From Bacteroidota bacterium (lineage in GTDB: Bacteria; Bacteroidota; Rhodothermia; Rhodothermales; Rubricoccaceae): a stretch of DNA of 64,000 nucleotides. A program made the translations under genes and the position numbers. Positions within the stretch are counted from its first letter, which is position 1; each line of letters begins with the position of its first letter. Below, one piece after another: positions 16,596 through 25,328 of this stretch. The stretch spans positions 44,914-108,913 of the forward strand of contig JBCBEX010000002.1 in the NCBI GenBank assembly GCA_038528235.1. Reading direction: 5' to 3'. The notes under the pieces are model-generated. The model saw only the letters and a program-made list of their open reading frames with translations, was not told where the DNA came from and did no database searches.

Positions 16596-17453
16596 TCAAA
16601 ACAGGGTGCGGTACTCGCTGGGCGACATCCCCACGTGCTTCTTGAAGGCTGTGCTGAAGGCGGCCATGTTCGTGTAGCCAACCGCGAACGCCGTCTCCGT
16701 CACCGGCGTGTCGTTCGCGAGGCACTCCATGGCCCGGAGCATTCGCGCGGTGCGCAGGAAGTCGCCCCAGGGCATCCGGATCTCGGCCTTGAGCTTCCGC
16801 ATCAGCGTGCGCGGCGTCATCGCGACCTCTGCGGCGACCTCTTCGAGCCGCACTGGCTCGGCGAGCCGAGCCTCGGTGTAGCTGAGCGCGGCGACTACCT
16901 GTTCGGACCGGGCCTTCGGCAGGACGAGTTGACGCCCCAGCGCCATCTGCTCGATGCACAGTTCGAGCAAGGTGAGCAGGAACCGCTCCATGTGGGCCTC
17001 CTTCTCGGTAGACGACGCAGACCACCCCTGCGCATGCTTGATCATCTCACGCATGACCGGAGAGACGGAAAAGACCTGGAGGGTGTCGGACACCGCCGGG
17101 GCAAAGTCCTTCGCGAAGAAGATCGAGGCGCACTTGACGCGCTTGATGTTGGTCGTCTGGACGTGGGTCCCGGCCGGCAACCAGGCGGCGCGCGACGGTG
17201 GAAGCCGCCACGAGCCGCGGTCGGTTTCCATGAGGAACAGGCCTTCCAGGCCGTAGAGCAAGACGTGGCGATCGAGCGCCATCGAGAGGTCGACGGCCTC
17301 CATCACGATCGTGTGGAAGAAGACGCGGGCCCGGCTCTCGTGAATGGCGCGCAGCACCTCCTCAGGCGTCCGTTCCGCACCCGACGACGCCCCTTGGTCG
17401 CCCCCCTCAGAGACGGGGTGCTGGTGCTCGGAGGCATCGATAGTCGTTTCCAC
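16596..17453 (-). CDS. AraC-family transcriptional regulator
   Basis: C-terminal AraC HTH pattern (...VAAEVAMTPRTLMRKLK...TAFAVGYTNMAAFSTAFKKHVGMSPSEYR). Confidence 0.8.
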   Translation of the reverse strand: METTIDASEHQHPVSEGGDQGASSGAERTPEEVLRAIHESRARVFFHTIVMEAVDLSMALDRHVLLYGLEGLFLMETDRGSWRLPPSRAAWLPAGTHVQTTNIKRVKCASIFFAKDFAPAVSDTLQVFSVSPVMREMIKHAQGWSASSTEKEAHMERFLLTLLELCIEQMALGRQLVLPKARSEQVVAALSYTEARLAEPVRLEEVAAEVAMTPRTLMRKLKAEIRMPWGDFLRTARMLRAMECLANDTPVTETAFAVGYTNMAAFSTAFKKHVGMSPSEYRTLF

Positions 17454-17564
17454 GAAAGGGTTCGTCGTCTCGGCAAAGGCACGCTCGGACCGACATCCCT
17501 ACGTTTTTCCAGCGGGGCTTTCCACCGCACTCACTCGACCACGCACCGCAGGAAAAAGCGACCT

Positions 17565-18362
17565 ATGCGCCGATCCAACACGATCATACTGATACACGGC
17601 AACTTCGTCAACCACCACGCTTGGGCCCACTGGAAAGCCCACTATGAGGCGCGCGGCTACACCGTCTACACGCCTGCCAACCCCGGCCACGAAGGCACGC
17701 CCGCAGACCTCCGGCAGAACGTGCACCCCGACCTCGGCGCCACAGGGTTTGTCGACATCGTCGAGCGCCTGGAGCAGTTCATCGACACGCTTCCCGAGGA
17801 GCCCTTCGTCGTGGGTCATTCGATGGCGGGGCTAGCCGTGATGAAGCTCGTCGAGCGCGGCAAGGCCGTGGCAGGTGTGAGCCTCCACGGAGCCCCGCCG
17901 AAGAACGTGGCGCCCGTGCCCTTCCAGACGCTCAGGACAGCGCTACCCTCGATCGGGCTCCTCTCGCGCAAGAAGACCTGGCTGGGGCCGCGCTCGTGGT
18001 ATGACTATGCCTTCTTCAACACGCTGCCCGAAGCGCAGCGGCAAGCCGCGTACGACCGCTCGATTGTACCGGAGAGTTTCAAGGTCGGCCGCCAGCTCCT
18101 CTTCCACCGCCTCGCGCGCGTTGATTTCTCCAAACCCCACGTGCCGCTCCTGTTCGTCGGCGGCGGCAGCGACCACATCTTCCCAACCAGCCTCACGAAG
18201 CGGATCGCGAGGCAATACAAGGACCCGCAGAGCAGCGTCGATGTCAAGATCTTCGAGGGGCGGAGCCACTTCACCTGTGGCGAGCCCGGATGGGAGCACG
18301 TGGCCGACTACATCCTCGACTGGTACGAAGGACTCCCCTCTGCGCAAGACCCAACCATGTAA
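17565..18362 (+). CDS. alpha/beta hydrolase
   Basis: The ATG at 17565 gives MRRSNTIILIHGNF. Nucleophile elbow GHSMAG is present. Divergent from the AraC gene. Confidence 0.75.
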   Translation: MRRSNTIILIHGNFVNHHAWAHWKAHYEARGYTVYTPANPGHEGTPADLRQNVHPDLGATGFVDIVERLEQFIDTLPEEPFVVGHSMAGLAVMKLVERGKAVAGVSLHGAPPKNVAPVPFQTLRTALPSIGLLSRKKTWLGPRSWYDYAFFNTLPEAQRQAAYDRSIVPESFKVGRQLLFHRLARVDFSKPHVPLLFVGGGSDHIFPTSLTKRIARQYKDPQSSVDVKIFEGRSHFTCGEPGWEHVADYILDWYEGLPSAQDPTM

Positions 18363-18440
18363 CGTCTTTCACCTTCTCGTGCCTGACGTTCCGATCGGCG
18401 CGACATGGTGCGGCTCTTCCACCATGCTGGGCCACATCAG

Positions 18441-18477
18441 CGGCCGCGCTATCACCGGGCTGAGCGCGTTCGTGTAA
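18441..18477 (+). repeat. direct repeat copy 3: last 37 nt of the acyl-CoA dehydrogenase 3' end
   Basis: cggccgcgctatcaccgggctgagcgcgttcgtgtaa has 2 synonymous differences plus TAG>TAA relative to copy 0. Confidence 0.85.
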
Positions 18478-18512
18478 GACCGTGTGCGGGTAGCGCGGTC
18501 AGGCCCCGGCGG

Positions 18513-20579
18513 CTACGACCACCAGCCTCCCATCCATTCCCACAGGTCGCTCCACCACTGGTAGGCGTCGTTGCCCTCCGATGGCTCCGCGCACGGCCCC
18601 TGTGTGGCGCCCTGGCTGAGATAGTACTCCAGCGCTGTTCCGGACTTGCTCATGGTGAGCCCGTTGTAGCAGATCACGGTCTCACTCGGTTCCTGCGGCC
18701 CCCCCGTGGGAAGCTCCTGCTCCGAGGCCTCCGCCATGGCCTGCTCGCTGGCGGTGGAGCTCTGGGCCGCTGAAGCCAGGTGCCGGATGTTGTCCGAGGA
18801 ATAGCCGAGGCGACGCAAGGCCGGCTCCAGGCGCGCCTGGTCGAACTCGAGCGTGACGTTGGGGCCGAAGTTGACCGCAGAGCCATAGCCCATGCCGTTC
18901 TCGATGTCGGTGCGCCACTGCTGGTCGGCGGCGATCTCAGCGTCGCGCTCGGCGGTGTCCCAGGCCCCGCGCCGGTGCCAGTAGAAGACGGCCTCGTAGA
19001 TCAGGTCCTCGGCGAGGAGCGTCTCGTGGAAGAGCTTGACGCGGAGCGCGCCGCCGCGGTCGTAGAGCCACTTGGTGTTGAAAGGCCAGTTGAGCGGGAC
19101 GCATCCGGTATTCCACGGGTAGGTGTTCCACGTGCAGTCGGCCTCGGGGTCAGTCGTAGGCTCGTCGTCGAAGTGGTGCTTGAGGAGGCGGAGGCTCCGG
19201 ATGTCGATCTCGAACGCGTCGATGTCCTGCGCCTCGAAGGTGCGGGTGCGGTGCTGCGCGATGTCGCTCGCGGAGAAGCCGCCGAAGCCGCCGTTGATGG
19301 AGCCGACGCGGGTTGTGTCCTCGGCGGCCAGGCGGAAGTTGGCGAGGCCGTCGTAGCTCAGGTTGTCGAACTCGAAGAAGACCTGGTCGGTCGGGCTGAG
19401 GTTGCCCAGCGTCTCCGAGAGGCGGCTGTACGATTCGTGGGGGTTGCCGCCCGGCCGGTCGAGCAGGGTCACCTGCCGGTCTGGCATGAACCGCTCGCTG
19501 CGGTGGGTGTGCTGCGTCCACGAGTTGGAGTACATGTCGATCTCGCCGCTCGGCTGCGCCCACTGGCCGGTCATGTCGCGGTAGATCGTGAGGTCCATGT
19601 GCCCTCCCGGCGGCGGCGCCTCCTGCTCCACGATGAGCGCCCCGCGGATCTCGGCCGTCCCCGTGCTCACGTCCATCCGCACCTCCTGCTCGAAGGAGCG
19701 AATGTAGATGAGGCCGTCCCACCGGAGTGTGCCCTCCACGACGAGGTTGCCCTCCACCAGGAGCACGCCGTTGCCTTCGAGCGTTCGCCCGGACGGGATA
19801 CGCAGGTCCCCCTCGACCCGCACGAAGCGGGCATCACGCACGCTGCGGCTCCCGCGCTGCCCGTAGGCCTGGTTGCTCGACAGCGTGGTCGACGCCGTCA
19901 GCTGGACATCTTGCGCAGTGAAGCCCGAGAGGATGTCCCCGTAGAGTTCGACGAGGCTCGGCGTGCTATACGCGCTCAGCACCGACCCCAGATCCTGCCG
20001 GGCATCGAGGCCTTGGCGCGTTCCAGCCGCCGCACTGAGCGCCGACTGGATGTTGTTCACCATCGTCGATGCGCTGAGGATGTTGTCGAGGCGGTAGTCA
20101 TAGAGCTTGCTGTAGTCGAGATAGCTCGCGCGCAGCAGCCCGTCATCGTCCACCGCGTTGATCGTCGTCATGGGGTCGATGGTGGCTGTGGCGTAGGGCG
20201 CGTCGATCCAGAGCGGCCCGGGGAAGTCCACGTCGGTGACGAGGTAGTTGCTCGCGATGCTGTGCTGGCTTCCGCCGCTCATGCCCGTCACGGAGAAGTA
20301 GACGGTGTCGCCGCGCGGCTCGAATCGGTCGATGCGCACGCTGCGCCCGTCGATCTCGAACGTCTCCGCGAGCGGGAGGTCGTTGTTGAGCTGACCGCCG
20401 CGCAGCATCGCCGTGAGGACTGCCGTGTGGGCGGCGTCGGCGGCCTCGCGGGCGAGCGCGAGGTCGTGCGTGGCCGACTGCTTGCGCTGCGCGTCGAGCC
20501 GCGTCGAGGAGTCTCGGAGCAGGGTCGTCGCCGTCGTGACAGCGGCAACCATGACGATGAGTACGAGGAAGCGTCCCAT
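18513..20579 (-). CDS. large N-terminally anchored protein, PilX/PilY-like (pseudopilus-associated?)
   Basis: The internal ATG at 20579 gives MGRFLVLIVMVAAVTTATTLL. The segment GNGVLLVEGNLVVEGTLRWDGLIYI recalls PilX-like minor-pilin proteins, from memory. Trp-rich C-terminus. Confidence 0.5.
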   Translation of the reverse strand: MGRFLVLIVMVAAVTTATTLLRDSSTRLDAQRKQSATHDLALAREAADAAHTAVLTAMLRGGQLNNDLPLAETFEIDGRSVRIDRFEPRGDTVYFSVTGMSGGSQHSIASNYLVTDVDFPGPLWIDAPYATATIDPMTTINAVDDDGLLRASYLDYSKLYDYRLDNILSASTMVNNIQSALSAAAGTRQGLDARQDLGSVLSAYSTPSLVELYGDILSGFTAQDVQLTASTTLSSNQAYGQRGSRSVRDARFVRVEGDLRIPSGRTLEGNGVLLVEGNLVVEGTLRWDGLIYIRSFEQEVRMDVSTGTAEIRGALIVEQEAPPPGGHMDLTIYRDMTGQWAQPSGEIDMYSNSWTQHTHRSERFMPDRQVTLLDRPGGNPHESYSRLSETLGNLSPTDQVFFEFDNLSYDGLANFRLAAEDTTRVGSINGGFGGFSASDIAQHRTRTFEAQDIDAFEIDIRSLRLLKHHFDDEPTTDPEADCTWNTYPWNTGCVPLNWPFNTKWLYDRGGALRVKLFHETLLAEDLIYEAVFYWHRRGAWDTAERDAEIAADQQWRTDIENGMGYGSAVNFGPNVTLEFDQARLEPALRRLGYSSDNIRHLASAAQSSTASEQAMAEASEQELPTGGPQEPSETVICYNGLTMSKSGTALEYYLSQGATQGPCAEPSEGNDAYQWWSDLWEWMGGWWS

Positions 20580-20646
20580 GACAGGGTACGAGGTCGGTCG
20601 GGGAAAAGTGGAGGACGGAGCGCAGGCAAAGAGCCAGCGTGGTGCG

Positions 20647-21399
20647 TCAGTCGTCGTCGCCACCGCTGCTGCCTCCCGACTCCCACGTTGTGGTCGGAGA
20701 GGACGCCCCCGGGGTGCTGCCGGTGACGAAGCCTCCGCTCGCAGAGCGCTCGAGGTAGGTGAGGTTGGGTGGGCGCACCGTGTGCCCAAAGCGTGCCACG
20801 TTGATCTGGCGCTCGGAAGCCTGGTCGCTGGTGAGCGCCGCGGTGCCCTGGCTCGCCAGTTCGACGTTGAGCTGCAGCGCGTAGAGATCGGCCGGGGCCG
20901 CCCCGTCGGTAACTGGTGCCCCGCTGGCACCGAACAGGGTCACGTCGAAGCCAATCACGGCGTCCGCGACCGGCTGCGTGTCGGCGCCCATAAAGGTGTC
21001 GATGTCCCGGTGGAGGACGTAGGCCGTTCGGACCGAGTCGCCCACGGTGTAGGAGCGCCCAGCCGGCTGCGTCCAGTAGCGCACGGTGCCAGGTTCTTTA
21101 TTACCGGGCTCGGTTTCAATCAACCCGGGGCACTGAATGGACTTCACGACCCCATCGCTGTGCCGTTCGAGGACGCAGCCGGACGGGGCGAGGCCCATAT
21201 CCCCCGCATCGCCCTCGGTGACGAGGTTGTTGAGATCCTGGCCGAGGCTGGTCATCACGGCCTCGCCCCGCGTCTGGAGCTCGTAGCGCATGGCTTCGTC
21301 GACGCTGTTGAGGCGCTCGCGCATCTGGAACACGAGCAGCGCCACCAGCAGCACCGTGCCAACGATGATGGCTGAGAGATGGTCGAGGAGGACGTGCAT
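20647..21399 (-). CDS. N-terminally anchored protein, PilW-like architecture
   Basis: MHVLLDHLSAIIVGTVLLVALLVFQMRERLNSVDEAMRYELQTRGEAVMTSLGQDLNNL resembles a minor-pilin N-terminal helix but lacks G-F-T-L-I-E. Confidence 0.45.
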   Translation of the reverse strand: MHVLLDHLSAIIVGTVLLVALLVFQMRERLNSVDEAMRYELQTRGEAVMTSLGQDLNNLVTEGDAGDMGLAPSGCVLERHSDGVVKSIQCPGLIETEPGNKEPGTVRYWTQPAGRSYTVGDSVRTAYVLHRDIDTFMGADTQPVADAVIGFDVTLFGASGAPVTDGAAPADLYALQLNVELASQGTAALTSDQASERQINVARFGHTVRPPNLTYLERSASGGFVTGSTPGASSPTTTWESGGSSGGDDD

Positions 21400-21456
21400 G
21401 GACGGGTACGTTGGGGCGGCGGGTCAGGCGGACGGGGCGGCGGAGAAGCGGGTGGC

Positions 21457-21993
21457 CTACTGGTGGAGGAAGAGCTTGGCAGGCGTGAGGGGGACGTCCA
21501 ACGTGATCTCCATCGGCGGGCGGTCCGAGGCCACCTCGACGGCGCGTGTCACCACCGTGACGCTCTTGGCCGTGGTCTCGCTTGCGCTATCGATCTCGAA
21601 GTCGAGCGGACTGACGTAGCGCACCGAGAAGGACACGGTGTAGTCCTGCGTGCCCTCTCCGATGGGCTGGCTCACCGTGATGCTGTATCCGTTGAAGTCG
21701 TCGATGTCGTCGAAGGTGTCGGGGCTGGTTTCCCCGGCTTCAGGGCCGAGGCCCGCTGGCGGGGCCAGGCCGGCCACGTCGCTTTCGGAGCGCATCCCGA
21801 GCACGCCCACGTCGGCCTCGTCGAAGGCGTAGTTCTTGACCTGGTTGGCCCAGTGGAGCGCCACGTTGAGGCCCACACTTTCGATCTCGCGGGCAATGGC
21901 GTTGCGTTCGGTGTTGTTGACGTGGCGGTGCATGGTGAGCCCCACCATGGTGAACATGAACACGGCAATCAGGGAGTAGAAGGTCTGAGTCAT
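21457..21993 (-). CDS. N-terminally anchored protein, PilV-like architecture
   Basis: MTQTFYSLIAVFMFTMVGLTM is a degenerate prepilin-like helix with no Gly-1 or Glu+5. First gene of a same-strand trio. Confidence 0.45.
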   Translation of the reverse strand: MTQTFYSLIAVFMFTMVGLTMHRHVNNTERNAIAREIESVGLNVALHWANQVKNYAFDEADVGVLGMRSESDVAGLAPPAGLGPEAGETSPDTFDDIDDFNGYSITVSQPIGEGTQDYTVSFSVRYVSPLDFEIDSASETTAKSVTVVTRAVEVASDRPPMEITLDVPLTPAKLFLHQ

Positions 21994-22406
21994 GGGGCCG
22001 TCGGCGGAGAGACGCAGGGCGTGGAACTTGACGAGGACCCTATGCCTCCGAGAACAGCGTTCCTCTGGCGCCGTATCTCACTATGGGACCCGGTTGTGGA
22101 ATCGGAGTGCGGTAATTCCCGGCTCTATTGCCCTCTAGCAACTACCGTCCCATTTTAGGACTGGGCCCCTTTCGAAACGGGTAGACAGACCTGCCAGAGG
22201 ACCCACCGCATGCCCCTTCGTACCGCTCCCGTCCGTCCCTCCCCAGCGCGGTCTCCCAGTCGAGTCGGCGATCTGCGCAGCTTCCAGCGACCGCCATAGC
22301 ACGGGGCCCCCGCGATTTTTCTGTGGGGACGCCTCGGCCTTCGAAACCTGCCCCCCGGGCTCGCCATTTGCGCCCGCTCCCGTTCTCCCGCCAACACCCC
22401 GCTCCC

Positions 22407-22826
22407 GTGTCCGACTTCACGCCCCTAAAACTCGCCGACCCACAGCCCGTCCTCGACGCCGCAACGTATAACGCCGACGGCCTTGTGACCGCCATCGCGC
22501 AGGACTATGCCACAGGCGACGTGCTCATGCTCGCCTACATGAACGCCGACACGCTGCGCGAGACGCTGGAGACCGGCACGATGGTCTACTGGAGCCGCTC
22601 GCGCCAGAAGGTGTGGCGCAAGGGCGAGTCGTCGGGCAACACGCAGCGCGTCGTGAGCGTGCACGTCGACTGCGACGGGGACGCCATTCTCTTCAAGATC
22701 GAGCAGATTGGCGGGGCTGCGTGCCACACGGGGCGCCGCACTTGCTTCTACCTGGAAGCCACCAACGACGGTCTCGTCGAGCGCGGCGAGCTGCTCTTCG
22801 ACCCGGCCAAGGTATACGGCTCCTGA
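22407..22826 (+). CDS. hisI: phosphoribosyl-AMP cyclohydrolase
   Basis: DGLVTAIAQDYATGDVLMLAYMN...WSRSRQKVWRKGESSGNTQ...DCDGDAILFKIEQIGGAACHTGRRTCFY. Start placed at GTG 22407 within track ORF 22323..22826. Confidence 0.85.
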   Translation: MSDFTPLKLADPQPVLDAATYNADGLVTAIAQDYATGDVLMLAYMNADTLRETLETGTMVYWSRSRQKVWRKGESSGNTQRVVSVHVDCDGDAILFKIEQIGGAACHTGRRTCFYLEATNDGLVERGELLFDPAKVYGS

Positions 22827-22863
22827 ACGGCGCCCGGCGCGGCGTTCATCGACCGCACTGCCT

Positions 22864-23109
22864 CTATCGACCGCGCACCTTGTTGACGATGAAGAGCAGC
22901 AGGATCGCGCCGACCGTGGCAACGACGATGCTGAAGATCAATCCGCCGTCGTCGCCGATGCCGATCAGGTCGAACACGAAACCACCGAGGATCGCGCCGA
23001 GGAGGCCGACGCCGAGGTTGCCGAGCAGGCCCATCGAGCGCTTCATCACTTTCTCCGCGATGAAGCCTGCAACGAGGCCGACGATGATCCAGAAGAGCAG
23101 GCCGCCCAT
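22864..23109 (-). CDS. GlsB/YeaQ/YmgE-family stress-response membrane protein
   Basis: The internal ATG at 23109 gives MGGLLFWIIVGLVAGFIAEKVM...GAILGGFVF, the transglycosylase-associated family pattern. Confidence 0.8.
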   Translation of the reverse strand: MGGLLFWIIVGLVAGFIAEKVMKRSMGLLGNLGVGLLGAILGGFVFDLIGIGDDGGLIFSIVVATVGAILLLFIVNKVRGR

Positions 23110-23228
23110 GACTGCGTAGGGTTGGTGGTGTGAGGCCGGTGGTGCCTCTAAAGTAGGCGTCCGTCCGGACTCTACCAACCAAACCGGACCAACGAAGTCT
23201 GGACGATGATGTCGCGCGGCGGTACGAA

Positions 23229-23747
23229 CTAGCGCTGCGTCGTGTGCGCGAACTGGGCACCGAGGCGGGCGCAGAGCGTCTCCAGCGCGGCCTGGTCCTC
23301 GGCCGCGGTGAACGCATCCGGGTCGTCCGAGTCAACATCGAGCACGGCGAGGAGCGTGCCCTCAGGGGTGAGCACCGGCACAACGACCTCCGAACGCGTC
23401 GACGACGAGCAGGCGATGTGGCCGGGGAACGCCTCCACATCGGGGACGAGTTGCGTGGTCTGGGTGCGCGCCGCTGCGCCGCAGACGCCCCGGTCGAATG
23501 GGATACGCAGACAGCCGTGGCCGCCCTGGTACGGCCCGACGACGAGCAGGTCGTCGGACACGGCGCGGTAGAAGCCGGTCCAGTGGTAGTGGTCGAACGC
23601 GTGGTGCAGTTCGCAGGCGACCGTCGCCATGGCCGCCGTCCAGTCCGTCTCGCCGTCCAGCAGCGCGTCGATGCGGGCGGCGACCTCGGCGTAGCGCTCC
23701 GTGCGGGTTGCGGTGTGGGCGGCGGCGGGGGGTGCGTGCGTGCTCAT
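23229..23747 (-). CDS. msrC: GAF-domain protein (free methionine-R-sulfoxide reductase-like)
   Basis: WTGFYR...LVVGPYQGGHGCLRIPFDRGVCGAAA...PGHIACSSSTRSEVVVP matches the YebR/MsrC-type GAF pattern. Confidence 0.75.
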   Translation of the reverse strand: MSTHAPPAAAHTATRTERYAEVAARIDALLDGETDWTAAMATVACELHHAFDHYHWTGFYRAVSDDLLVVGPYQGGHGCLRIPFDRGVCGAAARTQTTQLVPDVEAFPGHIACSSSTRSEVVVPVLTPEGTLLAVLDVDSDDPDAFTAAEDQAALETLCARLGAQFAHTTQR

Positions 23748-24328
23748 TAGGCGTATTCGGGGTTTTTGCCATTGATCGTGGCGAAGTGGTCGCGCATGAG
23801 TTCGATCTGCCGCTCCATGTCGCCGTTGGTGCGGACGAGCGGGCCCAGCCGCACTTCGCGCGTCGGATAGTCAAGCGCGATCATGAAGAGCGGCACCTGC
23901 GCCCGGTGGGCGATGTGATAGAAGCCCGTACGCCAGCGGTTGACGCGCTTGCGGGTCCCCTCAGGCGTCACGGCGAGCACAAACTCCTCGCGCGCGAAGA
24001 GGTCTACGACGTCTTCGACGAGGTGGCCGCTTCGGCCTCGCCGGACGGGAATGCCTTCGAGCAGCCGCAGGAGCCACCCGAGCGGGCCGCGAAACAGCGT
24101 GTGCTTCGCCAAGAACCGCACGCGCACCCCGATGGCGACGGCCGCGGCTAGGCCGATCAGCCCGTCCCAGTTGGAGGTGTGGGGCGCCACCACCAGCACG
24201 AAGCGCGGCTCGTTGGGCAGCTCGCCTACGATGCGCCACCGGCCGCAGACCGCAAGTACGAACCGCCCGAAGGCCCGCGAGAACGCGTTGCCGCGCCGGG
24301 GGGCCGCATCGCCAAGGGTAGGAATCAT
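23747..24328 (-). CDS. 1-acyl-sn-glycerol-3-phosphate acyltransferase family protein
   Basis: Internal ATG at 24328 (MIPTLGD). HxxxxD-type motif APHTSNWDG and the later VTPEGTR block are present. The stop overlaps the msrC start (TAATG). Confidence 0.75.
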   Translation of the reverse strand: MIPTLGDAAPRRGNAFSRAFGRFVLAVCGRWRIVGELPNEPRFVLVVAPHTSNWDGLIGLAAAVAIGVRVRFLAKHTLFRGPLGWLLRLLEGIPVRRGRSGHLVEDVVDLFAREEFVLAVTPEGTRKRVNRWRTGFYHIAHRAQVPLFMIALDYPTREVRLGPLVRTNGDMERQIELMRDHFATINGKNPEYA

Positions 24329-24644
24329 CGGAGAGGTGGATGGGATCGGTTGGGAAACGGAGCACTTCCTGGGTTGGGTTCCTCGCCACGCCAGCCTCCC
24401 CCGATCCGATTCCGTGAGACGATGTGCCTCTGGCGGAAACCCTGACCTAGTCATCCGGTGAACTCCAAGGGTACAACGATCCGATGGGCGCATCCAGCCC
24501 CATCCTGCCCTGCGTGTCTCGATCTTGCCCTGGCCCGTGTCTACCTCTGTCTCCGCTCTTGCCGTTGCGCCAATGCCGCCCCCAGGGACGGTGGCGCGCG
24601 GGTATGCCGGGCCGCTCCCCCACTTCGACCCAGCGCGTCTCCCC

Positions 24645-25328
24645 ATGTCTTCTCGCCGTCGCGGTTCGTCCTCGTCAGGCTCTCGCTCATCTTCGTCCCC
24701 CGACTCAGCCGAAGCGTCGCGTTCGGACTCTGCGACGCACGAAGCGTCCGGGCCGGACCTGCAGCTTGCCACCTGGTGCGTGGCCATCCGCAAGGCTGAC
24801 CCGCGTGCCTTCGAGGCGTTCTTTCGCGCGACTCACGGCGGCCTCACCCGCTTCGCCGACTCCCTTGTGCGCGACTCCGCTGTGGCCGCCGACCTCGTGC
24901 AGGAGGCCTACGCCCGACTCTGGGAGCGCCGCGCCGACCTCGACCCGACTCGCTCGATCAAGGCCCTTGTCTACCGCACCGTGCGCAACCTCGCGTACAA
25001 CCGAGCCCGTGACCGCCGCACCCGCGCGGACCTCCTCGCCGAGCATACCGCCGGGACCCCGCTTGCCACAGGCGTGAGCGCAGCCCCGCTCCCCGACGCC
25101 GAGGCCGAGGCCAAAGCCTTGGACGCCCGCCTCCAGGCATGGATTGCCGATCTCCCCGACCGCCAGCGCGAGGCCCTCACCCTCAGCCGCTTCGACGGCC
25201 TCTCGCACGCCGAAATCGCCGACGTGATGGGCGTCTCGCCCCGCACCGTCAACAACCATCTCGTACAGGCGCTCCGCACGCTGCGCGACCGCCTCCACCA
25301 CTTCGCACCCAATCTCCTGAACCGATGA
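24645..25328 (+). CDS. ECF-family RNA polymerase sigma factor
   Basis: Region 2 (DLVQEAYARLWERR) and region 4 (LPDRQREALTLSRFDGLSHAEIADVMGVSPRTVNNHL) are present. The start at ATG 24645 is uncertain. Confidence 0.8.
   Translation: MSSRRRGSSSSGSRSSSSPDSAEASRSDSATHEASGPDLQLATWCVAIRKADPRAFEAFFRATHGGLTRFADSLVRDSAVAADLVQEAYARLWERRADLDPTRSIKALVYRTVRNLAYNRARDRRTRADLLAEHTAGTPLATGVSAAPLPDAEAEAKALDARLQAWIADLPDRQREALTLSRFDGLSHAEIADVMGVSPRTVNNHLVQALRTLRDRLHHFAPNLLNR

Noticed and set aside
21994-22406. A roughly 410-nt non-coding gap before hisI, inspected for a structured RNA (SRP, tmRNA, RNase P, 6S, riboswitch).
   Set aside because: I could not recognise any conserved RNA signature by eye. A covariance-model scan is needed before claiming anything.
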